Positions 11,269 through 23,649 of a stretch of DNA of 64,000 nucleotides are shown one piece after another. This stretch comes from Chiloscyllium plagiosum. Lineage: Eukaryota. A program made the translations under genes and the position numbers. The notes beneath the pieces are model-generated. The model searched no databases. It worked only from the letters and a program-made list of their open reading frames with translations, and was not told the origin of the DNA. The DNA is taken from the NCBI RefSeq assembly GCF_004010195.1, contig NC_057719.1, positions 40,685,273 to 40,749,272 of the forward strand. The letters run 5' to 3'. The number at the start of each line of letters is the position of its first letter. Position 1 is the first letter of the stretch.

Positions 11269-12878
11269 ATACATGCATAAATGTATGTATATGGATGTGA
11301 GTCTCAGGGAAAAGCTTCTACTGTCACTGGTGGTAAGCTTGGAGGCAAAAGCACATTTGCTTAAGTGATGTTGTCTCATACCATACATTGCCACCTTTCC
11401 ACTTCCACCAGAATTAAGTCCTGGGCAGTATATCCCATGCTCAACTGTACAGGGCTACTGCCCATTGAGGGCATCAAGTGAAAGACCAATAAAATGCATA
11501 ATCTTAATGCTGCTGGTATTAATCTTGCTGAAAGCATAGAGGTCACTATGTGGAATCCACGATCGGCCAAATTTGCAGGCTCAGTATGTGTGGTCAGTCT
11601 GATAACCGAAGACAATCAGTGCCTGATAAACAAATCTTTGTCCTTGTTTCTGACCGCTCCAACTTTATTCACCTCAGTCCTGGGTCACTTCATGATCCTG
11701 GGACTCTGAAATCTGCCCTTCCAGCAGCAGCCACAACTTCCCCAGTGGCACTACTGAGTACAAGATCTGCCAGTGTCTGGTTGGCAGCTTTGATTGGTGA
11801 CACTTCTGCCACTGGTCTTGATTCTAAGTAAAAGGCTTCTGGTGGCCTTGCAACTGTCTGAATCGGCTGGTGCTTTGGTGGACCTTCCAAAAACTAGGCA
11901 GTGCAGGCCCCTCAGTTACTCTCATAGCTGGTAAAACTTCAAATATCACAACTAGATTCTACGGCCAGTACTTAGCTGAATGATCAGTCAATATATCTGA
12001 GAGTAACTTTAGGAATGTTGAAACTAAGGCTACTTGCACATTTCCAGTTTAGGCTATCTTTTGACTGCTGTATTGCTATCAGCAACTGTTTAGAGAGGAA
12101 ACAGAATTTGTTGTCTGTTAGATACAAGTTCCTTTGCTTATGTTTACTGTTAAAGTAATCAGTTCCAGTGAAAATAAAGAATGGGAAGGAAAAGAGAATA
12201 AAATGAAGCTTGACACTTGCATTTAGGAGTATTTAACAAATAAAGTCAGGAGTTTTACTTAACCATTTATCAAAGTGTGCTGTGGAAAACAGATTGTGTG
12301 GTTTATTCTTACTGACAGTGGAGGTATGCTGAAGTAGTATTAAACTTACTATCTGTTTGCAAAGAACCATTTTATTTAAATAATCAGAACAGAAAATATT
12401 TGTGTATCTATCTTACAGAGACATGTTTATTCTTGTTCTTCCACCTTGTTTGCTAATTGTCATAGGAACCTTTCAAAGGAGCCTATTACTGAGCAGCAAG
12501 TGGTCAGAGATCTTTGTCAGGTATGCTCCTCTTTTAGTTTCGTTGATACCAGTCCCTGTGTTTCAGGTTTTTCTACCTGGCTGAGGTTGGTAACTATGTT
12601 TGAACCTACATGTAGGACATGAGGGCTATCATTGTTATCTTTCAACAGACACAGTAAATCACTGTGTATTTGTACAGGGAGAAGACAGATTATGGTATTT
12701 TAGTGTGTGTGCTTCATCTAAATACCCTGCCGATAAAATCACATTAGAAATAAAGGCTTGGAGAGTTTAGTCAAAATCAGTTTTAATAACAGAACTGCGA
12801 TTGAAGTTTACTCACATAACTAACACGAAGAACTCCTGTCCACAACTGAAGTAAAACACATTTACTCCGCCTACTCCA

Positions 12879-13275
12879 TTGGAGGAACAACCCCTTATCT
12901 TCCGACTGGGCATCTTACAGCTTGGAGGACTCAACATTGAGTTCTCCAATTTCAAATAACCTCCCTTCCATCCCCCTGACTCCCTTTCCAGCCCCTCCCC
13001 CTCCCTGCCACTGCTCCCTGCCACCAACCGGATTCATTCCTCCCATTGACCAACCAGGTCGTACCGTCTACCTGTCTTCACCTATTCCCACTTCACCACC
13101 CTGCCCCCATCTTCACCTTTATCTGCAGCTCCCCCCACACCCATCCCCAGTCCTGAAGAAGGATTATACCTGAAACATCAACTTCTGCACCTCCTGACAC
13201 TGCCTGGTTTGCTGTGTTTTTCCAACTTCCTGCCTCTCTACTTTGGATTCCAGCATCTGCAGTTTTTTTTGTCTC
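12879..13275 (+). mobile_element. Penelope-like element 3' fragment (GIY-YIG C-terminus plus pseudo-LTR)
   Basis: LEEQPLIFRLGILQLGGLNIEFSNFK* then a C/T-rich tract, a CTGAAGAAGG..CCTGAAACATC motif and a CCAGCATCTGCAGTTTTT end. Confidence 0.85.
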
Positions 13276-16069
13276 TACTCCATGTGGGGTGCCAGCTACT
13301 TTCCATTTCCAATTATTTGGATGAGGATTGAAGGCAACATGTCACACTTTGCATAGTGAGTCACAGACCCAGCCCAGAAATCTAAGTGACCCCAGCTCTC
13401 ATTAACACCGACAGGTCTGAACTTCCTCATGCTTCCTGCCAACTCTTCTACTTAAGTTTTCATCTTCCCACGTTACCCACTGACCCCTGGACCCACAACT
13501 TAATTATATCCAGCATGGTAATGTACTTTATCCTTTATCAAAACCAAGGCAGTATTCACCTTTGATAACCCATGTTCTCCAATGCATTGTTGTCTTCCAC
13601 TCTTACGTTTTGAATTGCCCCTCCCCATCATAATTACTGTTCTCTCTGTATCCCAGCATGCTGCCTCCAATCTCCACATTGGACTTACCCAACGTTTCCT
13701 CAGATAACCCCATTTGACTTTCAATGAACAGACCCCCATGACTGATGTGGAACATTAGCCTTGATTGATGACTGATAGACCTCTGATTGATTTCTGTGCA
13801 GCTGACTGACTTACTGGGACTCCGTGAACTGGTTGCTCTGGACTTGCATGACTGACTGTGACCAACCACTGGTTTTAATAATGTGGAGCCCCTGACCCAG
13901 ACTGATGTAAGTGGCCAACTGACCGTTCCCAAGTCCCTGGACTAAGATTGTTTAAAGCCCTTGATTTACTGCAGCAGTAATTCCTGACAGATGGCAATCC
14001 GTCTTAACATTGACTGAAGACTGATCCTGTTAGACATTGAGACAAGGGCATTTTGTTGACAGACACACTAACACTATATTTGATGTGTGAGCTGCTGGCA
14101 CATTAGGCTATGATGTTACACAGCAACAGGTCCACTCCCCTGATTGCTCATTCCTGCTAAACATGACAAGCTGCCTGGCTTTGTGACTGCACTAAAAGAC
14201 AAGCCAAGACAGAAGTACTGTGAGGCTGTACGTTCTGAATGATGTGGCATTACTGAAAAAGACAGCGATGCACTGAGCCTCCAAATAAGCGTAAGTCAGT
14301 GATTGCTGAGAGACCAAGCTGAAAGTCCTGAAAACCACATTGTTCTGATATATGAAATTGTGCATTTTCCCATACACAAAGCAACCTGAAAGCAGTATTG
14401 TGTCAGTGTATTTCAAATTGCAGGATTGAAGTGGGAAACTGCACTATGGGTGAGTGACACATGTGATATGGTGAGGCTGGTGTGGGTCCACTGCTGACCT
14501 CCATGGACAGGGGGTAAAGTGCTTACTGCCTATGAAGTGTACCCTGAGATATTGGAAACTACAGGCCAGGATGTAGTACAGAGGAGCTGGAGCCTCCAGG
14601 TACCCTCTCAACTTTCATTTCAGCAATTACTCCATCCAGTTTCTCTCTGCCACATGGGAGAAGAAGAAACTGCATATAAATGAAGTGACAGTAGGTTATA
14701 ATGAGATGTTAATACCTACAGATAGGCCTTTGGACACTCACCAGTGAGATTCTCATCTCAGTGTTCAAACCTTGGCTGTAATATGGGGTCTAAATTTCCT
14801 CAATGTTAAAAATTTCATTTTTTCCAATCCCAGCACATTTTCCAAACTGACTCACAACTGGCCACATTTTTCAGGAACTGTGAAGTTGTGCTAGTTTGCA
14901 GATGCAAATTCATCAACACTGACTTTCTCACAGGCCTTCCAATGGGCCAAGCATTTTGCTGTTCACACCCACTGGTACACCAGTCATTCATTCAAGGGAT
15001 GTGATTGTTACCGGCTAGGAGTGCATTTATTGCCTATCCCTTGTAACCCAAAGGACAGGTAAGAGTGTACCATATTGCTGTAGGTGTGGGGTCACAAATA
15101 GGTCAGGCTAGGTAAGGATAGCATATTTCCTTCCCTAATGGGTATTAGTGAACCAGATGGGTTTTTGTGACAATTGACAGTAGTAGCAATATGCTCTTTT
15201 AAATTCCAGATTTTTATTGAATTCAAATTTCACCTTATTCAATGTAATTTGAATTGACATTCCTATAACATTAGCCTGGGACTCTCAATTACCAGTCCAA
15301 TGACAATACCACTATACCACCCCTGCCTCTGTAGCCTGCTGCATTGAAATACACAGCAGCATAACCCATGTACAATTTTGCTCTCTGATGAGCTGGCATC
15401 TGTGCTGCTCTTGTCCCCTACTACTTGTGCCTGGTTTTCACCATATGTTGACCACACAGTTAAGTTATTCTCTAAAGTTTGCACAGTGTCAGTGTCCCAT
15501 AATCTGGCCAGGTTACAGTTACTGGTTATCTGAAAGGAGAAAAGCACAGTGGTGGCATTGTGGTGAAGGGAGTGTGGAAAGCAGGAAACACTGCTGATAA
15601 ATCATAAAAGAATGTGGGATGACGGGGAAGCAGGATGTGAGAAGAAAGATTAAGTATGGGGATACCAACTTGTTATATTAATTCAGCCACATCTGCTGTC
15701 ATGGCTACTTCAGTGATGGTGACCACTGTCTCCTCCATAGGAATAAGGACATGCAACCATGTCAGTTTACTGTGGTTTAGGTGCTGTAGTCCTCAGTTTG
15801 TGCTACCATGTCCTGCAATGGAGAGTGAGGTGTGTCATTGAGTATTGCAATGTATTTCAGTAATCTGTCAGTCCTAATTGAATAGCTGGTGGTGTGTGCA
15901 AGCTGTGAGGTTTGCAATAATGTTAAGTATGTGAGAGGGAAGTGAAACTGTGGTGTTTGGTATAAGACAACATTAATAGAGATTGTCAAGTGGTGTATAA
16001 TGGGGGTGTGGTTCATTGAGCAGTATCTGAGGCTAGGAATGCAGATGAATGAATATGGTATTTAAAGTG

Positions 16070-16295
16070 CATTCATTGACCTTTCCCATTCCTAAGAGAT
16101 CATTGTACTTTTTATAATACCGCATCTATATCCTGGCTTGACACCTGATATTGACTTCCATGGGTCATCTGTTGCCATTGCCTTTGCATAATGGTCTGGT
16201 TGGCTTGCTGGTTTCCTGTGAATTTCTCTTCCTCCCTATATCCTGCATAAAGGCATTAATACAACATTGGAAACCACAGAGTCCCCTCTCCCTTA
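16070..16295 (-). mobile_element. Degenerate Harbinger ORF2 (Myb/SANT-like DNA-binding domain)
   Basis: Minus strand reads QRQWQQM..EVNIRCQARI*MRYYKKYNDLLGMGKV with a frameshift, matching the W..VA.EVN...RT..QC.KK.NDL pattern. Confidence 0.65.
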
Positions 16296-17274
16296 TTGTG
16301 CCATTATTGTGTTTTCCATCACAGGAAGGCCACTCTCAGAATGACTTCCAATTCCTGTATCGGCCATTATTTTCCTCATCCCCTTTAAGTTGTGCAAACT
16401 GACTTTGTACACTCGCTTTAATATTAGTGCTAGACTTTACAATTTTGCATCCCATCTCATTCATGCAGCCACTCAACAATGCTGGCTGCACACTGTATCA
16501 TTTAAATTAAGAGACCGCATGAAGTTTGCATATTGCCTGCAATGGAATTAATGGGGTTCAAATTAATTGTGCGCTGTGATCCTCACCTTGTTTTTGAGCC
16601 TTGTCCAGTTTCATGGTCAATAACTATTACTAACCTGATTCATTTCCCTCCTTGTGAGAAAAAATATGAAAATACAATCATTTATTGGATTTCTGTCAAT
16701 TATAAAGTAGTAAATATTGCAGATTGGCAGATTGGAGCATGTAGTCTGTTGTCAAGGTAACAAATAAACCATCCAGCTGACAAGCCAGGCCACTCAATCA
16801 AGGAAAGCAAAGAACTGCTGACTAATGAGGGCCATGAATCTTTTGTGTACCACCATTTTTCAAGCTGTTCTGAAGAGATTGAACATAAATGGTTGGAAAT
16901 AATATACAGTGGCTGCACTTCAAAGTAATACATGGCTTTAAAGCTCTTCGGGATGTCCTGAGCACTTTATGCAAGTACTTTCCTTTCATTATTCAAAGTC
17001 AAACATGAGTATTCTCAAAGCAAATATCTAGCTATAAGCAGGAGGTTGAAGGAGCGTGGCAGAAATTGACTTTCCTTCAAATCAAGCTGTGGAAATTTGG
17101 GAAGTGGGTATGTTGCACTTGCAGAGGAATGTTTACTTGAGAACATAGGAGCATCAAAGATAAAAACAAGAAAGGGGCACTTGCCCTCTCCAGCCTGTTG
17201 TACCACTGTATAGGATTATGGCTGATATGATTGTGGATTTAATTCCAGCTTTTCTACCTTTTTGCCTATGCAAC

Positions 17275-17535
17275 ATATCTCACAGAAAGCTTTGAGAAAT
17301 CATTTTAAATGTGACACCTATACTTTCAGATTCCTAGTGTGGAATTTCCTTGTCCAGCCTCTCCTTTCTCTTTTAAAATGTTCTTTAAGTCTACCTTTTT
17401 TGACCAAGCTTTTGGCTACTTCTAATGTTTCAGGTGGCTCAGTGACACGTGCTCTTTGTCATTGCTCCTATGAAGTAGCTTGAGACATTTCACTGTGTCA
17501 AAGGTGCTATGCAAGTATAAGTTATTGTTGCTGTT
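17275..17535 (+). mobile_element. L2-like LINE 3' end
   Basis: Ends GCTCCTATGAAGTAGCTTGAGACATTT...AAAGGTGCTATGCAAGTATAAGTTATTGTTG, resembling L2 3' termini. Similar to the reverse complement of ~48100-48200. Confidence 0.65.
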
Positions 17536-19629
17536 GGAGGTTGTAATCCAATGTGTAATGTGATTCGCTGATGATTGGAGAAGTGGGTGTCAACACTAAT
17601 ACTTTGTATCTGTTTGCATACCAGAATTTCTAAGTGAAATGTTTTAGGTGCTGTACTGTCGAGAAGCCAGAGAGAAGACTGCTCATAAAAGAAAAGAAAT
17701 GAACTGAACTCAACACAACTTGAGCCTGTAACATTGACTCCTGAATATAGCAACATGACTCAGATCAAATATGCAATGAGGGAGCAATCCTTTTTCCTTT
17801 CACTCCTCCCAATTTCAAAATCAGTGATCCTAAGAAACATAGAGGCTGATTAAGGAAACTAGCAAAACATGAAACTGTATGAATTCCCTCTCAATAAATT
17901 CATGACCTGTGAAACAAATTGTGCTATTGGTTATCGATCAAGCTGAAATGTTCCCAGTATTCCTTGAGTGATAATATAAAAGCAACACTAGGTGCATATG
18001 ATACTGTGGGAGAAAATCTAAATAATGCAGGCCCTGAATTGGCTGACTGTTTTTAACATAATTTGGTACATGTTACCAGCACCCCCGATAATTACAATTG
18101 AAAATTGGAAATGATGCATTGTGTTTCATTTTAAAATTATGTATACTTCACAGTTGATCATTTTTAATTTGCATTAAGTGACATTATTGAATTTATATTA
18201 GATCTAGATCTCTTCTCCGAAATAACATATCCTACCCAACAGGGAAATATTGTTTCCTTCTGTAGGAATTCCTTTGCATACCAATTTCCTTCTTCCTGAA
18301 TTCCAGCTAACATATATCAAATATCTAAGTTCCTATTATTCATTCACCTCACCTTCCCTAGTGAATACTGGCATTTTGTCTTCCCACTCCACTTGAACTA
18401 ATCTTGACACTGTCCTTCCTCCCCAAAAGCATCTTTCCAGCTTCTCTCCTCCCCCTCTGCATCTCCCATTCCTCTCACCATACTCATTACCACTCAGCCT
18501 CCTTCTCATCACACTTCATTCTGACTAAGGATCACTAGACTCAAACTGTGAACTCTGTTTTTCTCTCTGCAAATGCTGTCTAGCGTGTTGCATTTCTGTT
18601 TCAGATTTCTGGCATTTTGTTTTGGTGTTTAACTATTTTTTCTTCCCTTGATATTGCTCCAGTTTAATTGGTGCTGCCAATGAATCAAATGTGTCTCCCC
18701 TTTATCCACGAGGGGAAGTTCCTGTTATCCCAGGCTAAAGATTGTATTCTCATTACAGCTCCAGCTGCAGATCACAGAGGTGAAGATTCTTTCCTTCTTT
18801 CCATTAACAACAGCCCTTGGGGAATGACAAAGGGGCAAGAGGTTGATTCATTAGTGACAGTAGTCCGAGAATATTATCAGGGGAGAGGGTCTTAGCCATT
18901 AGTGATAGCTCTTGGTGTATGACACTGAAGGAAAAGGGATCAAGTCTATGAGCAGCAGCAATCAGAGTAGCACTGAGGAGAGGGCTCTGGTCCACTAATG
19001 GATGCTCTAAGGATTAGAACTGAGGGAAAAGAGGTGTAAGGGGACATTTTCATCTGAATTGTGGAAAATTGCTACTTACCTGGAACTAAAATTATATAAA
19101 TGTCATATTTCTACGCAGACCTGACAAAGTCTTTCTGTATAACCCAGGTTGCAGCTTTAGAATGCACTGTCAGAAGAGCCTTGGTGAGTAATTGTGGAGC
19201 ACCTTGCAGGTAGTACATGTTGTTGTCACTGTATGTTGGTGGTGGAGGGACTGGAGGTGGTCGATGTAATGCCAATCAAGCAGATTGCTTTGCATGGGGT
19301 GCTGTCAAGCTTCTTAGCATTGTTGGAGCTGTACTATTACACACTAGCAGAGAGTATTCCATCACAATCCTATTTTGTGCCTTGCAGATGGTAGATTGGC
19401 ACTGGTGAGACCGGAAGTGAATTATCTGCTGCAGAATTTCAAGTTTCTGACCTGCACTTGTAACCACAGTATATGGCTGGCCCAGTTCAGTTTCTGGTCA
19501 ATGGCAATGTCCAGGATGTTAATAGTGGGAGTTTAACAATGATAATACCTTTGAACATCAAAGAATGATGGGTAGATGATGACACCTGACACCTCTTTTG
19601 ATAGAGATTAGGTTGATAAATTGGTAATT

Positions 19630-20120
19630 AGTGATAGCACAGTGGTTGGCACTGCTGACTCACAGAGCCAGGGACTTGGGTTCAATTCCAATCTTGGGTG
19701 ACTGTCTGAGTAGAGTTTGCACATTGTCCCTGTGTCTGTGTGGGTTTCCATTGGGTGCTCCAGTTTCCTCCCACAGTCCCAGGTGTGCAGGTTAAGTAGT
19801 TGAAACTTTATTGCTGGAACAGCACAGCAGGTCTATAGAGGAGGCCACACCGGCTGCAGCGGATGCAGTAGATGATGTGGGTGGAGGTGCAGGTGAATCT
19901 GTGGCGGATATGGAAGTTAAGTATGCAGGTTAAGTAGATTGGCTGTGCTGAACGTTAGCTGGTAGAGTCCAGTGATGTACCGATTAGTGAATAAGTGAGC
20001 CAAGGCGAAAGCACCATGAGGAATTATAGGAATGGGATTGAGTGGGTGGGATGCTTTATGAGGGCTGGGGTAGACCTGACGGGCTGAATGACCTATTTCT
20101 GAACTGCAGACATTCTATGA
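19630..20120 (+). mobile_element. Older HE1-type SINE carrying an internal insertion
   Basis: A and B boxes, central domain and LINE-like tail. Interrupted at 19800-19923. Confidence 0.85.
19800..19923 (-). mobile_element. Penelope-like fragment (GIY-YIG motif joined to a pseudo-LTR piece)
   Basis: Minus strand encodes FHIRHRFTCTSTHIIYCIRCSRCGLLY, fused to GACCTGCTGTGCTGTTCCAGCAATAAAGTTTCAA. Flanked by a duplicated TGCAGGTTAAGTAG. Confidence 0.8.
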
Positions 20121-20495
20121 ATTGACTAGCTTGGATTTTCCCCTGCTATTTCCGATATTGTTTAGGTAGATGCCAGTATTCTAGCTGGCCCTAGCTTTAA
20201 ATATTTGTGGAGGTATATCTTTTATAAACTTGAAAAGTCATTCACTTTATTATCATTCCTTCTTTGATTTAAAATGAGATTTTTCTTCAATGCAGCAGCA
20301 CATTTTTTCCTCCACTTCCCATGGTGGATTTGAACTGGGATGCCCAGAGCATTAACCTGAAAGTTTGGGTTGCTAATCCAGTGACATTACGACTGAATCT
20401 CCTCAACTGTCAGTAAAGGATTCTATGGCCCGATTTAAAGGAGAGTAGAGGAATCCTCCTGCTTTCTGATCTGTATTGATTGCTCAATCAACACG

Positions 20496-20770
20496 GGGCG
20501 GGCACGGTGGTTAGCACTGAACCTCACAGCACGAAGGTTGCAGGTTTGATTCCAGCTTGGGCGACTGCCTGTGTGGTGTTTGCACATTCTCCCTGTGTCT
20601 GCGTGGGTTTCCTCCTACAGTCACAAAGATGTGCAGGTCAGGTGAATTGGCCATACTAAATTGCCCATAGTGCTAGGTGCATTAGTCAGGGGAAAATGGG
20701 TCTGGGTGGGTTACTCTTCGTTGGGTTGGGCTGAAGGACCTGTTTCCACACTGTAGGGAATTTTAAAAAA
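20496..20770 (+). mobile_element. HE1-type SINE inserted in an older Deu-domain-like SINE relic (~20420-20915)
   Basis: SINE head, central domain and tail are clear. The flanks resemble decayed SacSINE/AmnSINE-type sequence (lower certainty). Confidence 0.85.
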
Positions 20771-21256
20771 AACATGTGTCTTACTTTTGTTGGTGTGCTA
20801 ATTGACGGCTCAATTTTCCTACAATAGTGCATATATGTCAAAACTACTTCATGAATTGAAATCTTTGGGGGTTAAACTGAAGTTTTAAAAGGTTCTATAC
20901 AACTGGAAGCTCTTTCAATATTTGTGTTCATGATCCTGCTGGGTTTACAATGGTAAACATAGAGTTAAGATCAAATCACAGGAATAGGGTCAGAGTTTTA
21001 GATACTTCATACTATTTATAACAAATACCAGTGAATAGGTGTATATCTAGCATTTGGCTGCAGAACCTGAAATGAAAGTAACTTACAAAAGTTTTCAATC
21101 TCCAAAGTTTACAGATTGATGCTTAAAGCTAATGGCAATACTTGAAAGAATATGTGACATGTGTGTTTTATGAGGGAGGGCATTATGAAAATCATCAACT
21201 TTGCTTCAGGATCCATCACTAATTCAAATTTCAGTTTCATATATGAAACTAAATTA

Positions 21257-21335
21257 TGATTCGAAGGAGCGTCGCTCCGAAAGCTAGTGTGCTTCCAATT
21301 AAACCTGTTGGACTATAACCTGGTGTTGTGTGATT
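21257..21335 (+). mobile_element. Short Penelope-like pseudo-LTR fragment with 13-bp TSD
   Basis: GAAGGAGCGTCGCTCCGAAAGCTAG...AAACCTGTTGGACTATAACCTGGTGTTGTGTGATTT, flanked by TGAAACTAAATTA at 21244-21256 and 21336-21348. Confidence 0.75.
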
Positions 21336-22326
21336 TGAAACTAAATTAGATGATGTGCTGGGAAAATGTGTTCTCTCTGTTGTTATATCACCATCTGGTG
21401 GCCAAATTGGTTTCTACAAAAGCTTACAATAAAAGAATGGAGTAAGACAAGACTGAATCCTAATTGAGAGGTTGAGATAATGTCATAAAGTACAATGGCA
21501 AAGCTTGAAGCAATTTAATAAATTCCATTTGAACTGTTATGACAAGATTACAGTCATGAATCCACTCAATGACAGGATATTTTCTGAATTAGAGAAATAT
21601 CAGCTTTCAGGGCGATTACGAGTCGGATGATGAGAAGAGACACTTCCTATAACTTTCCTCACAATGATTCAATCTGCTATCATTTTAAAATTGGACCATT
21701 ATGATGGAAATTCATATTTCATTTTATAAACTTCTGATGGAACAAACATTATTCTCATTGAAAATGCATCATTGGGAGGAATCTTCTACCCAGAGCTTTC
21801 AGTTAGGCGGTTGTAGAATTATTACTAGTAATAGAATTATTGGGTGGGAGGCAAAAATGCAGTTTCGTGAAATTGGTTAAACGTTTGCTATTAAGTTCTC
21901 AAAACTTTTCAGGCAGATTGTATTTCATGACCTCAAAGGTTGGGAGAACTGTTTTGCATTCATTATCATGTTATGAATATTCATGAATACCTCTGGAATT
22001 GCATTCATTTTTGTTGTTAGTCAAAAGTGAGAAAAATATATGCTGACAAACCTATATCTGTGGGTAGACTACTTCCTCCAAGATTGTAGCTTATCCATTA
22101 ATGTTCGTAAAGATTCAGTTCCAATGGAAAAGAAGATCCTTGCTTCATACTCTTTGCAGAGTTATTATGCTTTAATCTCATGATATATTAATATGAATAA
22201 ACGTTTGGGAAATTGACAGAAAACAGAGTAATCTGCTCCCTTTCAGGATGGCAAACCAGTAACTAATGGTAATCTACAGGGATCAGTGCAGGGCTGCAAC
22301 CAATTACAGTCTATATTAATGACTTG

Positions 22327-22546
22327 CTGAAAATGTGTTGCTGGAAAAGCGCAGCAGGTCAGGCAGCATCCAAGGAACAGGAGAATCGATGTTTCGGGCA
22401 TAAGCCCTTCTTCATGATTCCTGAAGAAGGGCTTATGCCCGAAACGTCGATTCTCCTGTTCCTTGGATGCTGCCTGACCTGCTGCGCTTTTCCAGCAACA
22501 CATTTTCAGCTCTGATCTCCAGCATCTGCAGCCCTCACTTTCTCTC
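22327..22546. mobile_element. Palindromic Penelope-derived mini-element (inverted pseudo-LTRs) with 16-bp TSD
   Basis: 89-bp inverted arms (22326-22414 and 22422-22510, one mismatch) around a 7-nt spacer. TSD CTATATTAATGACTTG at 22311-22326 and 22547-22562. Confidence 0.9.
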
Positions 22547-23246
22547 CTATATTAATGACTTGGCCATTATGGGCGAATTTGTGGGCGAATTTCCAGATGA
22601 TACAAAAAATTAGGTTAGCAAGCGAGGAATCTTATGCCTCTCTCCAGTCCATCTGCCCAGCATTCATTAGTCTGGGTGTCTAATCCGTTGCACCCTTGCT
22701 CACTCCTGATCTGTGCCCCTAATACAATTGGCATTAAGACATCAGCCAGCTCATGCTTATGCTAATTGAGAACCTTAGCTAGGTGGGTAGGAAGAGAAGG
22801 AATCCTCCATTGGCGGTTGCTCACTATGCATTAGAGGCACTCTCGCTTACCCCCCAACTTCCAAACCTTTATCCTGTATTTTGTGATTCCTCTACAAAAT
22901 GTGACCATACAACTCCTCCTCCCGTCCCTCCCTGGAGTCTCTATCCAAAAAAACTTGGATTCACCTTAGTCCAGTTTACATGTTGTATTCCGCTTGGAAA
23001 TTACTTGCAGTCCCTGCAGCCACTACTGGTATGACAGAATTCTTGGCAGCTCTCGAGGGTGTAGTTATCTGTCCCTGAAGGAAGTAAGTCCATTGTTAAC
23101 TTTTTAAGGCTGTCCCAGTATATTATCGCAATGGGATAGAAATTAGTCAACTCACAGCTAAGACTTCTGCCAGTAAGGTGAGCATTATATCCCCTGACGC
23201 CTGTAGCATTCAGCTCCAAGTAAGGAAGATGCAAAGAGTCTGCAAT

Positions 23247-23456
23247 ATAGGAGGTAAGATTATGTAAATAGGCACAAGTTTAGCAGATGAAATAAAATGT
23301 GGGATTTGCAGGAACAATAGGAAAGCAAATGGGCGGCACGGTAGCACAGTGGTTAGCACTGCTGCTTCACAGATAGGAGGTAAGATTATGTAAATAGGCA
23401 CAAGTTTAGCAGATGAAATAAAATGTGGGATTTGCAGGAACAATAGGAAAGCAAAT
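23247..23456. repeat. Perfect 84-bp direct repeat flanking a 42-bp SINE head
   Basis: 23247-23330 is identical to 23373-23456. Between them lies GGGCGGCACGGTAGCACAGTGGTTAGCACTGCTGCTTCACAG. Confidence 0.95.
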
Positions 23457-23649
23457 ATCATTTACATATGGTGTCCTTGTACAAGAATCCCAAAATGTTA
23501 TCATGCAGGGAAAGCAATTACTTCAGAACAGAAATGGAATGTTGGCCTTTATTATAAAGATAATTGAAAACAGAAGTAGAAATTGTTTCATGCATTGTTA
23601 AGATCACATCTCCACTATTCCATATAGTTCCAGTCTCCATCCATTTTGT

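Larger units (their letters stand above)
22240..23640 (+). mobile_element. Old CR1 RT fragment, repeatedly interrupted
   Basis: GNLQGSVQG...VYINDL [insertion] ..FPDDTK.LG (RT motifs), then KEDAKSLQ at ~23222. Further decayed pieces at ~25880-26030 and ~26600-26915. Confidence 0.7.

Noticed and set aside
13400..14420. Region with recurring GACTGA motifs and several short ORFs
   Set aside because: No regular periodicity or recognisable protein. Probably decayed repeat sequence.
22326..22510. Long hairpin as a miRNA precursor or terminator; dispersed direct repeats as CRISPR
   Set aside because: Explained by inverted Penelope pseudo-LTRs with a TSD. The context is eukaryotic and there is no repeat-spacer array.
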